From positions 11,271 to 75,270 of the forward strand of contig CAIVQG010000051.1 of NCBI GenBank assembly GCA_903907985.1: a stretch of DNA of 64,000 nt. The letters run 5' to 3'. A program made the translations under genes and the position numbers. The notes beneath the pieces were generated by a model. It saw only the letters and a list, made by a program, of their open reading frames with translations, had not been told where the DNA came from and did not search any database. This stretch comes from an uncultured delta proteobacterium (lineage in GTDB: Bacteria; Desulfobacterota; Syntrophia; Syntrophales; Smithellaceae). Positions 28,340 through 37,239 of this stretch are shown one piece after another (within the stretch, counting starts at the first letter, position 1; the number at the start of each line of letters is the position of its first letter).

Positions 28340-31300
28340 TTACTGTAAACGTTTATCCTTCCAGTAAAGGATATTGGTCATACTGGATGTGGACGGAGTT
28401 TCACCAAGCTTCTGTGTTAAAGAGGCCGTTCCGGCGCCACCGCTGGCTGTTGCATAGATGTCCGCAGTGCTGGATCCCGGGCGCATGGAAATTATCGGCG
28501 CTGATCCGATGCCATGACCGATGTATTTAGTTCTGCTGCCGCTACTATCCAATGCCCCTGCCCCGGAAATATATTTGATGCCGTAAAGAAAGGCATCCCC
28601 CGCCAAACCACAAGCGCTGGCAGTTCCCTGATCGGGCACATAGGTTGAAAAATAGACAACACCGCCGAATACCGTCGGGTCGGAGATCATTTTCTCCCCG
28701 ACGGGACTGGCTACCGTGGAGCCATCGGAGCGCGTAAGGGTATTGGTGGAAAGATTTATATACCATCCATGTGTTGTTGCTGCAGTACCATCATAAGTCG
28801 TGCTGGTAGAAGTGATGTTGGTTAAGTTGGCCGTTGTATGTGTACCTGTAAAATCACTATTTTCTTTAATTCCATAAAGACGGTTTTTGGTGTCATTGGT
28901 ATCCGGAATGGCAGTCGGCGTTGTCGGGGGTTTCCAGGTGGGATCATTATTTTCGCCTGTGCCGAAATAGACCCACACATTGCCCAAAGCGTCTTTGGTG
29001 GCTGTCGGCGTCGTAAATATTTGTTTATGAGTATTACTTGGTGTGGAGAGGCCGTAACCTCTTTCGGTATTCGTCGCTTGATAGAGGAGGCTCCCCGTCC
29101 AATCAGTCGTGGCACAGGATGTACAGGAAGAACCTGTATAACTGCCCAAACCGCAAGTAGAACAATTAGCATCCCTGGCGCAGAAGCGGAAGCGCCAGAT
29201 ATTGCCGCCCAAATCGCCCATATAAACAGTATCAATAAAGCCGTCGTTATCCAGGTCCAACGGTAAGGGTGAGGCCGGTGCGGAAAAGTCCATATTGGCA
29301 TTGTCTGCATGCGTAAATTTCCAAATGATATTGCCGTTGGTCAGGTCAACCACAAAAAAACCCTTCCCGGAGCTGCCTGTGGCCGGAGTGTTGCATGCCG
29401 TGGCAGTTGCACCGTCGGCCGATAGACAAGAGGCGCCGCTGTAACCTCCGCCGATAAATCCGACCCATTTTTCGTTGCCTCCGATCCTGACACGTCCGAT
29501 TTGCATCTTGCTCCAGGCCTCTGCCAGATAGGGAGCCGCCGGAGCCGACGCAGGTGTTGACTCGTTTAGTTTCCAAAGATATGTTGGTTTGTTGGCAGCT
29601 AGCGTATTGGTGACATCCAGAGCGTAAATACCGCAGTAGTACTTATAGGTTGTTGAATCATAAGTCGCGCTGAAGCCTGATGTGCTGGTGGAATAGCATG
29701 TAGCGGATGAACTCCACAGGTAGGCTCCGGAGCCCTGCCCTTCACTGAAGACTGCTAATGTTTTCCAATCGGTTGCGGTTTTACTTATACCGCTTGTTGC
29801 CGCACCCGGCAGCCAGACGTCAGCCACCTGTATGGGGCCATCGACAAAGTAATCGTGGGCGGCCAGTGTCGAGCGACTGGCGTGACTGCTATGAGCAATG
29901 GGCGATATTTTCTGCAGCAGATTGGGGGGGATAAAACTCCAGACCTCATCTCCACCCGCCGTTGCATCCGTAGCACTGTTGCCCGTGCGGAAGGCGTGCA
30001 ATTGGCCGTCATTGGCGCCAGCCAGAATAAGCTGCTTGCCGTTGGCCGATGTACGGATATTGGCGGTTGTTGTGCGAAATGTATTAAAGGATGTTCCTCC
30101 GCATTCCCGGGGATCATAAAAATATTGCGTTGGCGTTTTGATGACCATAGGATTTGTATGAAAGAGGTCTCCCAGCTTCCAGCTCTCCTGATTGTAAGTC
30201 GAATCACCCCGGTAAAACCCGACAACTTTATCCCTTGCCGTGGTGTCGGCAACTCCCAGGTCGGCGGCTGTTATATTTGTCGTGTCGAAACTGGTAAGCG
30301 CTGTTCCCGTTGTACTTTTGTATGTCCACATATTTCTGGCCGAGGCCGCCGTATCGCGCAATTTGGCCCCGGCATCCCAGTTGTGGGGGGTTATTAATTC
30401 GCCGGAGCTACTCAGAGAATATTTTTTCAGATGTCCGACCCAGAAGGGTTCTTTGTTTGTTCCCGTATTGTTCTTCGGCTCAAAGGATGCTTCATAGATG
30501 AAATTTTCCTCCTGAACACGGGCGGCGGCAACCGAGGCCTGAGACGAGAAAGAGTAGTTGGCCTCCTGAATGGAGGTAATAGCCGACTTAATGGCGGCAG
30601 ACAAATCAGCCGGATTACTCGCCAGAAAGGCATAACCATCGAGGGCGTATGAACCGGGATCGGTGCCGTTGCTGCAAGGGTTTGAACCCACAGAAACCGA
30701 GGCGGTGTTGCCTGATTGTGTCACATTGGGGTTTCTGGTGCCGCCGTAATAGGCCATCCAATTTAACGTATACTTAAGATCATTCGGCATAGATGCACCA
30801 AAGCCGACGACGTAAACCTTGTAACCGGCAGCGGCTAACTGCTTGGCCTGATATACTGGAGCCCTTCTTTGCGACATATTAGTATTGCCACCGGCAGAAC
30901 AGGAAACGGTGTCCGCTCCGTCGGTGATGATAATGACGGACTTCTGGCGGCACGTTCGGGAATCATCCAGCGCTTTGTGGTCGTCGAGATAACGCTTGGC
31001 CTCTCTTAGTGAATATTGCAAGGGGGTATAATTGCTTGTGCCGAACCCAGCAATACATTCCTTCGCTGGAGTGGTCACTGTACAGGAGTTGGACCCGGTC
31101 GTATTTGGTGTGGCACAGGTGGCATTGTTACAGAAGATACTCGCATAAGGCGTTGTCGTAGTTTGAGCGTCGGAGGTAATCCCCCAGGAGAGCTTGATGC
31201 AGCTGCCGGAATCGGTATAAATCTTACTCGAAGAATCACTGCCGCTCGAACCGCAGTTATAGTAACGCATAAGGCCCAACCGGATTCCCAGGCTGGTCAT

Positions 31301-31660
31301 ATCCGCCGCTGTGATACTGTTGTTTTTATCGTCATCAAGAAGGGAAAATAGGGCATATTTAGCGATATCGATCTTTTTGCAACTTGTATTGCAGGTGGTA
31401 GAGGAGCTGCTTCTGTAGCCATAATTAGAACCACTTGTTGAATTGCAAGCGGCATTGGGAATGCAAGTGGATACACCCCAGATATTGCTACCGTCTTGAG
31501 GGTTACTGTCCATACTTCCCGACAAGTCGAGGACAATCAGTAGATCGGGTGTTGTTACTGTCGTCCAGAGTGACTCATCGGTGGCCTGGGATACGCTGGC
31601 GGAAAATGCTATTAACAATGTGGCTATTATTATCAGTATTTTTCCCCTGGGCATAATCAT
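28340..31660 (-). CDS. pilY1: type IV pilus tip adhesin PilY1 with N-terminal vWA domain
   Basis: 1106-aa ORF with a signal peptide. It has the vWA MIDAS motif DLSGSMD (about 31508-31531) plus VIIITDGADT. The C-terminal PilY1/PilC propeller carries the Ca-site-like DLDNDGFIDTVYMGDLGGNIWRF (about 29190-29262). It follows pilX. Confidence 0.8.
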   Translation of the reverse strand: MIMPRGKILIIIATLLIAFSASVSQATDESLWTTVTTPDLLIVLDLSGSMDSNPQDGSNIWGVSTCIPNAACNSTSGSNYGYRSSSSTTCNTSCKKIDIAKYALFSLLDDDKNNSITAADMTSLGIRLGLMRYYNCGSSGSDSSSKIYTDSGSCIKLSWGITSDAQTTTTPYASIFCNNATCATPNTTGSNSCTVTTPAKECIAGFGTSNYTPLQYSLREAKRYLDDHKALDDSRTCRQKSVIIITDGADTVSCSAGGNTNMSQRRAPVYQAKQLAAAGYKVYVVGFGASMPNDLKYTLNWMAYYGGTRNPNVTQSGNTASVSVGSNPCSNGTDPGSYALDGYAFLASNPADLSAAIKSAITSIQEANYSFSSQASVAAARVQEENFIYEASFEPKNNTGTNKEPFWVGHLKKYSLSSSGELITPHNWDAGAKLRDTAASARNMWTYKSTTGTALTSFDTTNITAADLGVADTTARDKVVGFYRGDSTYNQESWKLGDLFHTNPMVIKTPTQYFYDPRECGGTSFNTFRTTTANIRTSANGKQLILAGANDGQLHAFRTGNSATDATAGGDEVWSFIPPNLLQKISPIAHSSHASRSTLAAHDYFVDGPIQVADVWLPGAATSGISKTATDWKTLAVFSEGQGSGAYLWSSSATCYSTSTSGFSATYDSTTYKYYCGIYALDVTNTLAANKPTYLWKLNESTPASAPAAPYLAEAWSKMQIGRVRIGGNEKWVGFIGGGYSGASCLSADGATATACNTPATGSSGKGFFVVDLTNGNIIWKFTHADNANMDFSAPASPLPLDLDNDGFIDTVYMGDLGGNIWRFRFCARDANCSTCGLGSYTGSSCTSCATTDWTGSLLYQATNTERGYGLSTPSNTHKQIFTTPTATKDALGNVWVYFGTGENNDPTWKPPTTPTAIPDTNDTKNRLYGIKENSDFTGTHTTANLTNITSTSTTYDGTAATTHGWYINLSTNTLTRSDGSTVASPVGEKMISDPTVFGGVVYFSTYVPDQGTASACGLAGDAFLYGIKYISGAGALDSSGSRTKYIGHGIGSAPIISMRPGSSTADIYATASGGAGTASLTQKLGETPSTSSMTNILYWKDKRLQ

Positions 31661-31666
31661 TACCTC

Positions 31667-32164
31667 CTATTTCATCGGCACGGGGCCGTACCCGATGCCG
31701 ATATCTACAGTGATTAGTGAGTTATAACTTGTGTTTTTGCCAACCACCCTTCCATTATAACGCATCATGCCCCATTCCCCCAGAGCATAACCGGGTATGG
31801 GTATCTGCGCCGAGGAGCTTTGTGTCGGGGCGCAGACCGCAAATTGCGTGTTCGTATCCGTACCGCCGGCAATTGAACGCCATATATAAGTGGGGGTAGC
31901 TGCCGCGCAGTCAGTGGTATAATTATTCGCCGTAGTCCAGTTTGTAGAAACAGGACTGAAATCCTGCATCACCCTGTGAATACCGCTTTCCGTAGCGGCC
32001 AGGGCCTTCTTATCACCTACAGTTGCGACGCTGGCGCGCAGGTCCCCTGTGGACATATTAATCACAAGAATGCCGATGGCCATAAGTATTAAACTGGCAA
32101 TTATTGCCGCCACCAAGGCAAATCCTTTTTCATTGTTGAGGGTCATTTTCTTCATATTTGTCAT
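31667..32164 (-). CDS. pilX: minor pilin-like protein PilX
   Basis: It has a PilX_N-like N-terminus NEKGFALVAAIIASLILMAIGILVI. I prefer the start at 32164 (MTNMKK, GAGGAAAGC upstream). The track start at 32269 would overlap pilW by about 100 nt. Confidence 0.65.
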   Translation of the reverse strand: MTNMKKMTLNNEKGFALVAAIIASLILMAIGILVINMSTGDLRASVATVGDKKALAATESGIHRVMQDFSPVSTNWTTANNYTTDCAAATPTYIWRSIAGGTDTNTQFAVCAPTQSSSAQIPIPGYALGEWGMMRYNGRVVGKNTSYNSLITVDIGIGYGPVPMK

Positions 32165-32171
32165 GCTTTCC

Positions 32172-32870
32172 TCAATAAGAATAAGTAGGGATATGGTTTC
32201 TCGGAATGACACTGGTCGTGTAGATAATCCGCTTTCTCCCGCCAGTGCTGGGATTGCTGTAAAACGCATCTAAAACAAGTGTGATTTCTACCCGTCGGAT
32301 ATCAGGGATGCTGGTGGTGACCGGCGCCGAAATTTCTGCGCCGGAGCCGTCGTAATACCGAAAAACCGGTATGGCTGCCTCATTATTGACAACCAGAACC
32401 GTTTTAGTAGCTTCGCTGGCATTGAGGGCACCAAGAAACGGTTGAGCCGTGCCACAATTTGTCGACCTTGTTATATATTGATTACCAGTATCATAATTAT
32501 ATCGAATAATCTCGTTTTCGTGATCACCAACTGAAGAACTATCATCGATGTCCATTTCTATGGTTAAAGAGCTTGCTGTTGCTTCCTGAATGCCCCGATA
32601 GTTCTGATTGGCAGCTGCACTGAAACAATTGGCCGTACTAAGCCATATATTCGGTGTTAAGTTCGGATTGTAAGAGGCCATGCGAATTTCCATCGCCATC
32701 AACTCCAGGGCACTGCGGGCATCCTGCTGGGCGATGACCTTTCCTTCAATCCCCGAAGATGACTTTTGGGCTGAGTTGACCGCCGAATAAATTGCCATCA
32801 TCATCATTGTGCCGATGCCTAAAGCGACAAGAATTTCCACTAAGGTAAATCCGTTTTTTTTGTTTTTCAT
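32172..32870 (-). CDS. pilW: type IV pilus minor pilin PilW
   Basis: It has the prepilin leader and methylation site MKNKKNG/FTLVEILVALGIG. The ATG at 32870 overlaps the pilV stop (ATGA). Confidence 0.7.
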   Translation of the reverse strand: MKNKKNGFTLVEILVALGIGTMMMMAIYSAVNSAQKSSSGIEGKVIAQQDARSALELMAMEIRMASYNPNLTPNIWLSTANCFSAAANQNYRGIQEATASSLTIEMDIDDSSSVGDHENEIIRYNYDTGNQYITRSTNCGTAQPFLGALNASEATKTVLVVNNEAAIPVFRYYDGSGAEISAPVTTSIPDIRRVEITLVLDAFYSNPSTGGRKRIIYTTSVIPRNHIPTYSY

Positions 32871-33316
32871 GCGCTCGTACACCCCGCGGGAAATCTGTTC
32901 AATTCCTGACGAGTAACAGTGAGGCTCTCTGACATGCCGGTCGCATTAGTTGCCCACGTTACCGTAACCGTGACGACAAAAGCACTCTCATTGGTACCGT
33001 CTTGAGCTATGGTTGTATTCACCGTATAAGTCACATCCCCTGATATTTCGGCACCTTGGCCGCTGACACGTATTGAAACCTGCGGTTGTGCTCCCAGTGT
33101 CACTGCATTACAGGGGTTCATGATTCTGGCTTCGTAATCTTCTAATGTTTTATACAATATTCCTGATGCTCGCCCCAGATAATCCGATCGACCTGCTGTC
33201 TGCCAGGCAGAAGGTTGCAGGGAGAGAATGGCCATAATGCCCACCGCAGTCAAAAAGATAGCGATAATCACCTCGATTAACCCCATGCCTTTTTTATTGT
33301 ATATTAAATGTAACAT
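32867..33316 (-). CDS. pilV: type IV pilus minor pilin PilV
   Basis: 149-aa ORF with the leader ...NKKG/MGLIEVIIAIFLTAVGIMAIL and Glu at +5. Its size and operon position fit PilV. Confidence 0.65.
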   Translation of the reverse strand: MLHLIYNKKGMGLIEVIIAIFLTAVGIMAILSLQPSAWQTAGRSDYLGRASGILYKTLEDYEARIMNPCNAVTLGAQPQVSIRVSGQGAEISGDVTYTVNTTIAQDGTNESAFVVTVTVTWATNATGMSESLTVTRQELNRFPAGCTSA

Positions 33317-33758
33317 AAGTTTTTCCTGTAATATTGAAAGTTATTGTTGCAGTTGATGTCCGGTTGTTTTTCAATATTATGGAGCCGGTGCTGGGACTCA
33401 ATGTTCCTCTGGCTAAAAAAGTCAATGTGTAAGTTGTTCCACCGCCCGGAAGACTGAAAATATAGGTGCCACCCTGGCGTTGTTCAGGGGGTGCCAGTGA
33501 TTTTGTCTGCACGGTTGTGCCATTCATTGTATAAGTATTTGCTGTCTTGTCAAAGTCGATGGTGAAAGTCGTATCCTGTTTGGAAACCGCATTTTGCTTC
33601 ATAGTATTCATATAAGAAGCCAAATCTCTTGCTGCTGATCGCAGATTAGCGTTGGCTACGTAACCTTGGTAAGAATATACTCCTATAGTTGCAACAATAC
33701 CTATTATACCAATCACAATTATTAATTCTATTAAACTAAAGCCTTTGTTTGTCTTCAT
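33294..33758 (-). CDS. type IV pilus minor pilin FimT/FimU (GspH-like)
   Basis: It has the leader MKTNKG/FSLIELIIVIGIIGIVA and a GspH-like body. I prefer the start at 33758 (AGGGA RBS) over the track start at 33827. Confidence 0.65.
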   Translation of the reverse strand: MKTNKGFSLIELIIVIGIIGIVATIGVYSYQGYVANANLRSAARDLASYMNTMKQNAVSKQDTTFTIDFDKTANTYTMNGTTVQTKSLAPPEQRQGGTYIFSLPGGGTTYTLTFLARGTLSPSTGSIILKNNRTSTATITFNITGKTYVTFNIQ

Positions 33759-33890
33759 TTTCCCTGCCGGCCTCAAGCTGTTCGATACATATTTCATTCT
33801 GCTTCGCAAATCATATGCCACCATCAAGACATAAATTTGCTCGATATGATCCGCTATCCCTAAACAAGTAATATTGTTTTTTATAACAGT

Positions 33891-33919
33891 ATATTACGCT
33901 TAAATGTTTTTTCTGTCAA
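33891..33919 (-). promoter_or_regulatory. candidate sigma70 promoter of the minor-pilin operon
   Basis: The minus strand reads TTGACA-17 nt-TAATAT, about 125 nt upstream of the fimT-like ATG. It lies in the 237-bp gap after pilD. Confidence 0.45.
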
Positions 33920-33995
33920 TTTTCTCTCTCGTTAATTTTCATTATCAAATATGGCTATTTAAACATAGTCGCCGGTTATTTTCACCGCGCGTTAA

Positions 33996-34772
33996 TTAAT
34001 AGCCCCGCAAAAACAAATACCTCATAAAGGCATCGCCCCAGAACAGATAAGCTACTGCTGCCGCCGATAAAAAAGGTCCGAAGGGAACAGCATATTTCAT
34101 ATCCTGCTTTTTTATAACCATTACGCTAATACCGACAATTGCTCCCGTAAAAGAGCTGAATAACAGAATAAATATTAACGATTTCCAGCCTAAAAACCCG
34201 CCGATCATGGCCAATAACTTAATATCACCGCCACCCATTCCCTCACGCTTGGTTAGTAATTCATAACCGTAGGCAATGGACAAGAGGACTCCGCCACCGA
34301 CCAGCAGACCAATTGCGGCCTCCATCCAGGGCACTTTCACTACAAAAACAGCTAGAATAAAAAAGATAGGAATGCCCGGCAGGGTTAATACATCCGGTAT
34401 TATCTGATGATCAAGATCAATAAAGGTAATAACAATCAAAACCGCCGTAAAAACAAAAAATATCAGGAAATTCAGTGTGAGATAATATTTTCCAAACAAC
34501 AGCAAAGCCAGCATGGCAGCGATAAATTCTACCAGCGGATAGCGTAAGGCAATTTTTTCACCACAGTCACGACACTTGCCTTTTAAAATCAAATAGCTGA
34601 CCAGCGGAATATTGTCATAGAAACGTATCGGATGATGACAATGCGGACATTGGGAAAGAGGCCGGACAATGGAATTATGTTCCGGTAACCGGAAAATGCA
34701 AACATTTAAAAAACTGCCGATTGCTGCACCGAAAACAAAAACGAAACCGAAAGCAAAAATACTAAGGAGCAT
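33996..34772 (-). CDS. pilD: prepilin peptidase / N-methyltransferase (A24 family)
   Basis: 258-aa multi-pass ORF. It has the Cys motifs CPHCHH...CRDCGEKI and the catalytic-Asp region GGGDIKLLAMIG. Confidence 0.9.
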   Translation of the reverse strand: MLLSIFAFGFVFVFGAAIGSFLNVCIFRLPEHNSIVRPLSQCPHCHHPIRFYDNIPLVSYLILKGKCRDCGEKIALRYPLVEFIAAMLALLLFGKYYLTLNFLIFFVFTAVLIVITFIDLDHQIIPDVLTLPGIPIFFILAVFVVKVPWMEAAIGLLVGGGVLLSIAYGYELLTKREGMGGGDIKLLAMIGGFLGWKSLIFILLFSSFTGAIVGISVMVIKKQDMKYAVPFGPFLSAAAVAYLFWGDAFMRYLFLRGY

Positions 34773-34802
34773 GGCTTTATTCCAATCTTAAGTTTCTGAA
34801 TA

Positions 34803-35258
34803 TCAGCCGTCTTTTCTCTCCCAGGAATAAGGGATATCACTACCATGTGCCGGCAGGCGATATTCATCAGGCTCCTGATAATTGTACACTTCGGTCGGAG
34901 TATTGACGACAATGGCTTCATCTTCGGAAATACATTTAAAACCATGATAAACAAAGGGGGGTATATGCACCAGAACAGGATTATGGATACCGGCAATAAT
35001 CTCATTAACTTCGCTGAAAGTGGCTGATTCTTTCCGGCTGTCATAAAGAACAATTTTCATCATTCCCTTAACCACAGCCATATTATCGCATTGCTTCTTA
35101 TGGTAATGCCAGCCTTTCACAACACCTGGATAGGCCGTTGTCATATAAACCTGGCCGAATTTTTCAAAAAAGTTATCATCGCCGCGCAGGATTTCCATCA
35201 AGCGGCCACGTTCATCGGCAATAACTTTTAACTTTTTAATTATTACGCCGTCGATCAT
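34803..35258 (-). CDS. RmlC-like cupin (dTDP-4-dehydrorhamnose 3,5-epimerase family, short form)
   Basis: 151-aa ORF with DERGRLMEI...KGWHYHKKQ...HGF, typical of the epimerase/ketoisomerase cupin fold. It overlaps the upstream nucleotidyltransferase stop. Confidence 0.6.
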   Translation of the reverse strand: MIDGVIIKKLKVIADERGRLMEILRGDDNFFEKFGQVYMTTAYPGVVKGWHYHKKQCDNMAVVKGMMKIVLYDSRKESATFSEVNEIIAGIHNPVLVHIPPFVYHGFKCISEDEAIVVNTPTEVYNYQEPDEYRLPAHGSDIPYSWERKDG

Positions 35259-35983
35259 AGTTTATTTGCTCCTGTCTTCTCCACCATATTTCCGGCATGT
35301 TGCAATGATTCAAAAGTACCGGCATCCGTCCACCAGCCATCGATCACATCCGACTGCATCTTCCCTTCTCGAATATAAAAATTATTAACATCAGTGATTT
35401 CCAATTCGCCGCGTTGTGACGGCTTCAAGGAACGAATGAATTCAAACACCCGGTAATCATACATGTAAATACCGATAACGGCAAAATTGGAAGCAGGATT
35501 TGCCGGCTTTTCTTCGACACGGATTATTTTATCTCCCTCAAAAACGGGAACGCCAAATCGTTGCGGATCAGGAACTTCCTTGAGCAGGATACGGGCGCCG
35601 TCTTTCTGGTTACGGAATTTTTCTGCCGCCTCCTTAATGTTTCCCTCAATAATGTTATCCCCCAGAACAACAACAATCTTATCCTTATCCGCGAAGAATT
35701 CGGCCAGACTCAATGCCGCCGCAATGCCGCCCTCACCTTGCTGATAAGTGTAGTTGATGTGCTTAAGGCCAAAGTCTTTTCCATTTTCCAGAAGTTTCAG
35801 GAAATCACCGGCATTGTTGCCGCCGGTCACAATCAGAATTTCATCAATACCGGCATTCACCAGAATCCGGATAGGATAATAAATCATCGGCTCATTATAG
35901 ACAGGAAGCAAATGCTTGTTGGTTACTTTGGTCAGAGGATAAAGCCTGCTACCCAATCCACCGGCCAGGACAACACCTTTCAT
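35255..35983 (-). CDS. sugar-1-phosphate nucleotidyltransferase (RmlA-like, short form)
   Basis: 242-aa ORF with the N-terminus MKGVVLAGGLGSRLYPLTKVTNKHLLPV and the motif VLGDNI. Confidence 0.75.
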   Translation of the reverse strand: MKGVVLAGGLGSRLYPLTKVTNKHLLPVYNEPMIYYPIRILVNAGIDEILIVTGGNNAGDFLKLLENGKDFGLKHINYTYQQGEGGIAAALSLAEFFADKDKIVVVLGDNIIEGNIKEAAEKFRNQKDGARILLKEVPDPQRFGVPVFEGDKIIRVEEKPANPASNFAVIGIYMYDYRVFEFIRSLKPSQRGELEITDVNNFYIREGKMQSDVIDGWWTDAGTFESLQHAGNMVEKTGANKL

Positions 35984-36104
35984 GATATCTCCTTGGTTTT
36001 TCGTTTATTATGGCAACTTTTGTCTGTTTCCATATCATATCAGTGAACATATCAACAATAATTTTCTTTACATCTCGGTAAATTATAGAGTATTTGTTGA
36101 CGCT

Positions 36105-37193
36105 ATGAATAATGATGAATACTACATGCAATCAGCTTTAAAACTTGCCCGGAAAGGAAATGGTTACGTTAGCCCCAATCCGCTGGTCGGTGCAGTCATT
36201 GTTAAAAATGGCCGGGTTATCGGCCAGGGTTATCACCAACGTTACGGCGGCCATCATGCGGAAGTCAATGCCATTAAAAATTCCCGGGAAGACATTGCCG
36301 GGGCAACGCTCTATGTCAATCTCGAACCTTGCTGCCACGAAGGGAAAACACCGCCTTGCGTCGAAAGCATAATCAGGCATAAAATTGGTAAAGTTGTCAT
36401 AGGCTCCATTGATCCCAATCCGCTGGTCTCTTGCGGGGGATTGAATTATTTACATAGTCAGGGAATCGTAGTAGAAACAGGAATCTTGGAAAAGGAATGC
36501 CGCTCTCTCAATGAAATTTTCTTTCATTATATGGAAACCGGCCTGCCTTTTGTCACGGTAAAATACGCCCAGACATTCGATGGCCGTATCGCTACTGCCA
36601 GCGGCCAGTCCCAATGGATCAGTTCGGAGGCGGCGCGAAAGTTTGCTCATCAACTGAGAGCCGGGCATGATGCCATTCTCGTAGGGGCGCAAACAGTCAT
36701 TCAAGATAATCCAGAGCTGACAGTGCGCCATGTCCGCGGTCGCAACCCTTTGCGTGTTGTGGTTGATTCCGGTCTGAGAATTCCTGCACAGGCAAAAATA
36801 CTGCAAAACCAATCCGACGCCAAAACTTTAATTGCCACGACTAAAACGGCAGACGATCCGCAATTTCAGCGTATTGCTGCTTCTGGCATAGAAATAATTA
36901 ATATTGCTGCTGACAATCAGGGCAAAGTTGATTTAAAAAAAATGTTTAAAATATTTGCCGCCAGAGGAATATCTTCCATTCTGGTGGAAGGCGGCGCAAA
37001 AATTATCACCTCGGTATTGCAGAACGATTTAGCCTGCCGTTTGGTGGCGATAATTGCGCCGAAAATTATCGGCAGAGGAATTGAGGCCATCGGAGATCTC
37101 CAGATCAGCGACCTTAAATATGCCAAGCAACTATCCTTTCAAATAATAAAAAGACTAGGCCCCGATATAATGATTGACAGCCGCTTACGTTAA
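36105..37193 (+). CDS. ribD: bifunctional riboflavin biosynthesis deaminase/reductase RibD
   Basis: It has the deaminase zinc motifs HAEVNAI and PCCHEGKTPPC, and a C-terminal RibD reductase domain. I prefer the ATG at 36105 (MNNDEYYMQSAL). The track N-terminal extension is not protein-like. Confidence 0.9.
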   Translation: MNNDEYYMQSALKLARKGNGYVSPNPLVGAVIVKNGRVIGQGYHQRYGGHHAEVNAIKNSREDIAGATLYVNLEPCCHEGKTPPCVESIIRHKIGKVVIGSIDPNPLVSCGGLNYLHSQGIVVETGILEKECRSLNEIFFHYMETGLPFVTVKYAQTFDGRIATASGQSQWISSEAARKFAHQLRAGHDAILVGAQTVIQDNPELTVRHVRGRNPLRVVVDSGLRIPAQAKILQNQSDAKTLIATTKTADDPQFQRIAASGIEIINIAADNQGKVDLKKMFKIFAARGISSILVEGGAKIITSVLQNDLACRLVAIIAPKIIGRGIEAIGDLQISDLKYAKQLSFQIIKRLGPDIMIDSRLR

Positions 37194-37239
37194 TTGGCAA
37201 TCATGGTATACTTGAGAATAAATTAATGGAGTGTGAATC

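Noticed and set aside
28822-30397. Several 140-180-aa ORFs on both strands inside pilY1 (28822-29310, 28838-29266, 29785-30252, 29855-30397).
   Set aside because: The local G+C-rich sequence suppresses stop codons in alternative frames. The products are Arg/Pro/Cys-rich nonsense. The 1106-aa frame has clear vWA and PilY1 motifs.
33759-33995. I looked for a c-di-GMP (GEMM) riboswitch or a sigma54 TGGCAC-N5-TTGC promoter ahead of the pilin operon.
   Set aside because: Neither motif is recognisable. A sigma70-like TTGACA-17-TAATAT is present instead.
35984-36104. I looked for an FMN (RFN) riboswitch upstream of ribD.
   Set aside because: The 121-nt AT-rich spacer lacks the conserved GGGCGGGGUGAAAUUCCC / CCGACAGU-type blocks.
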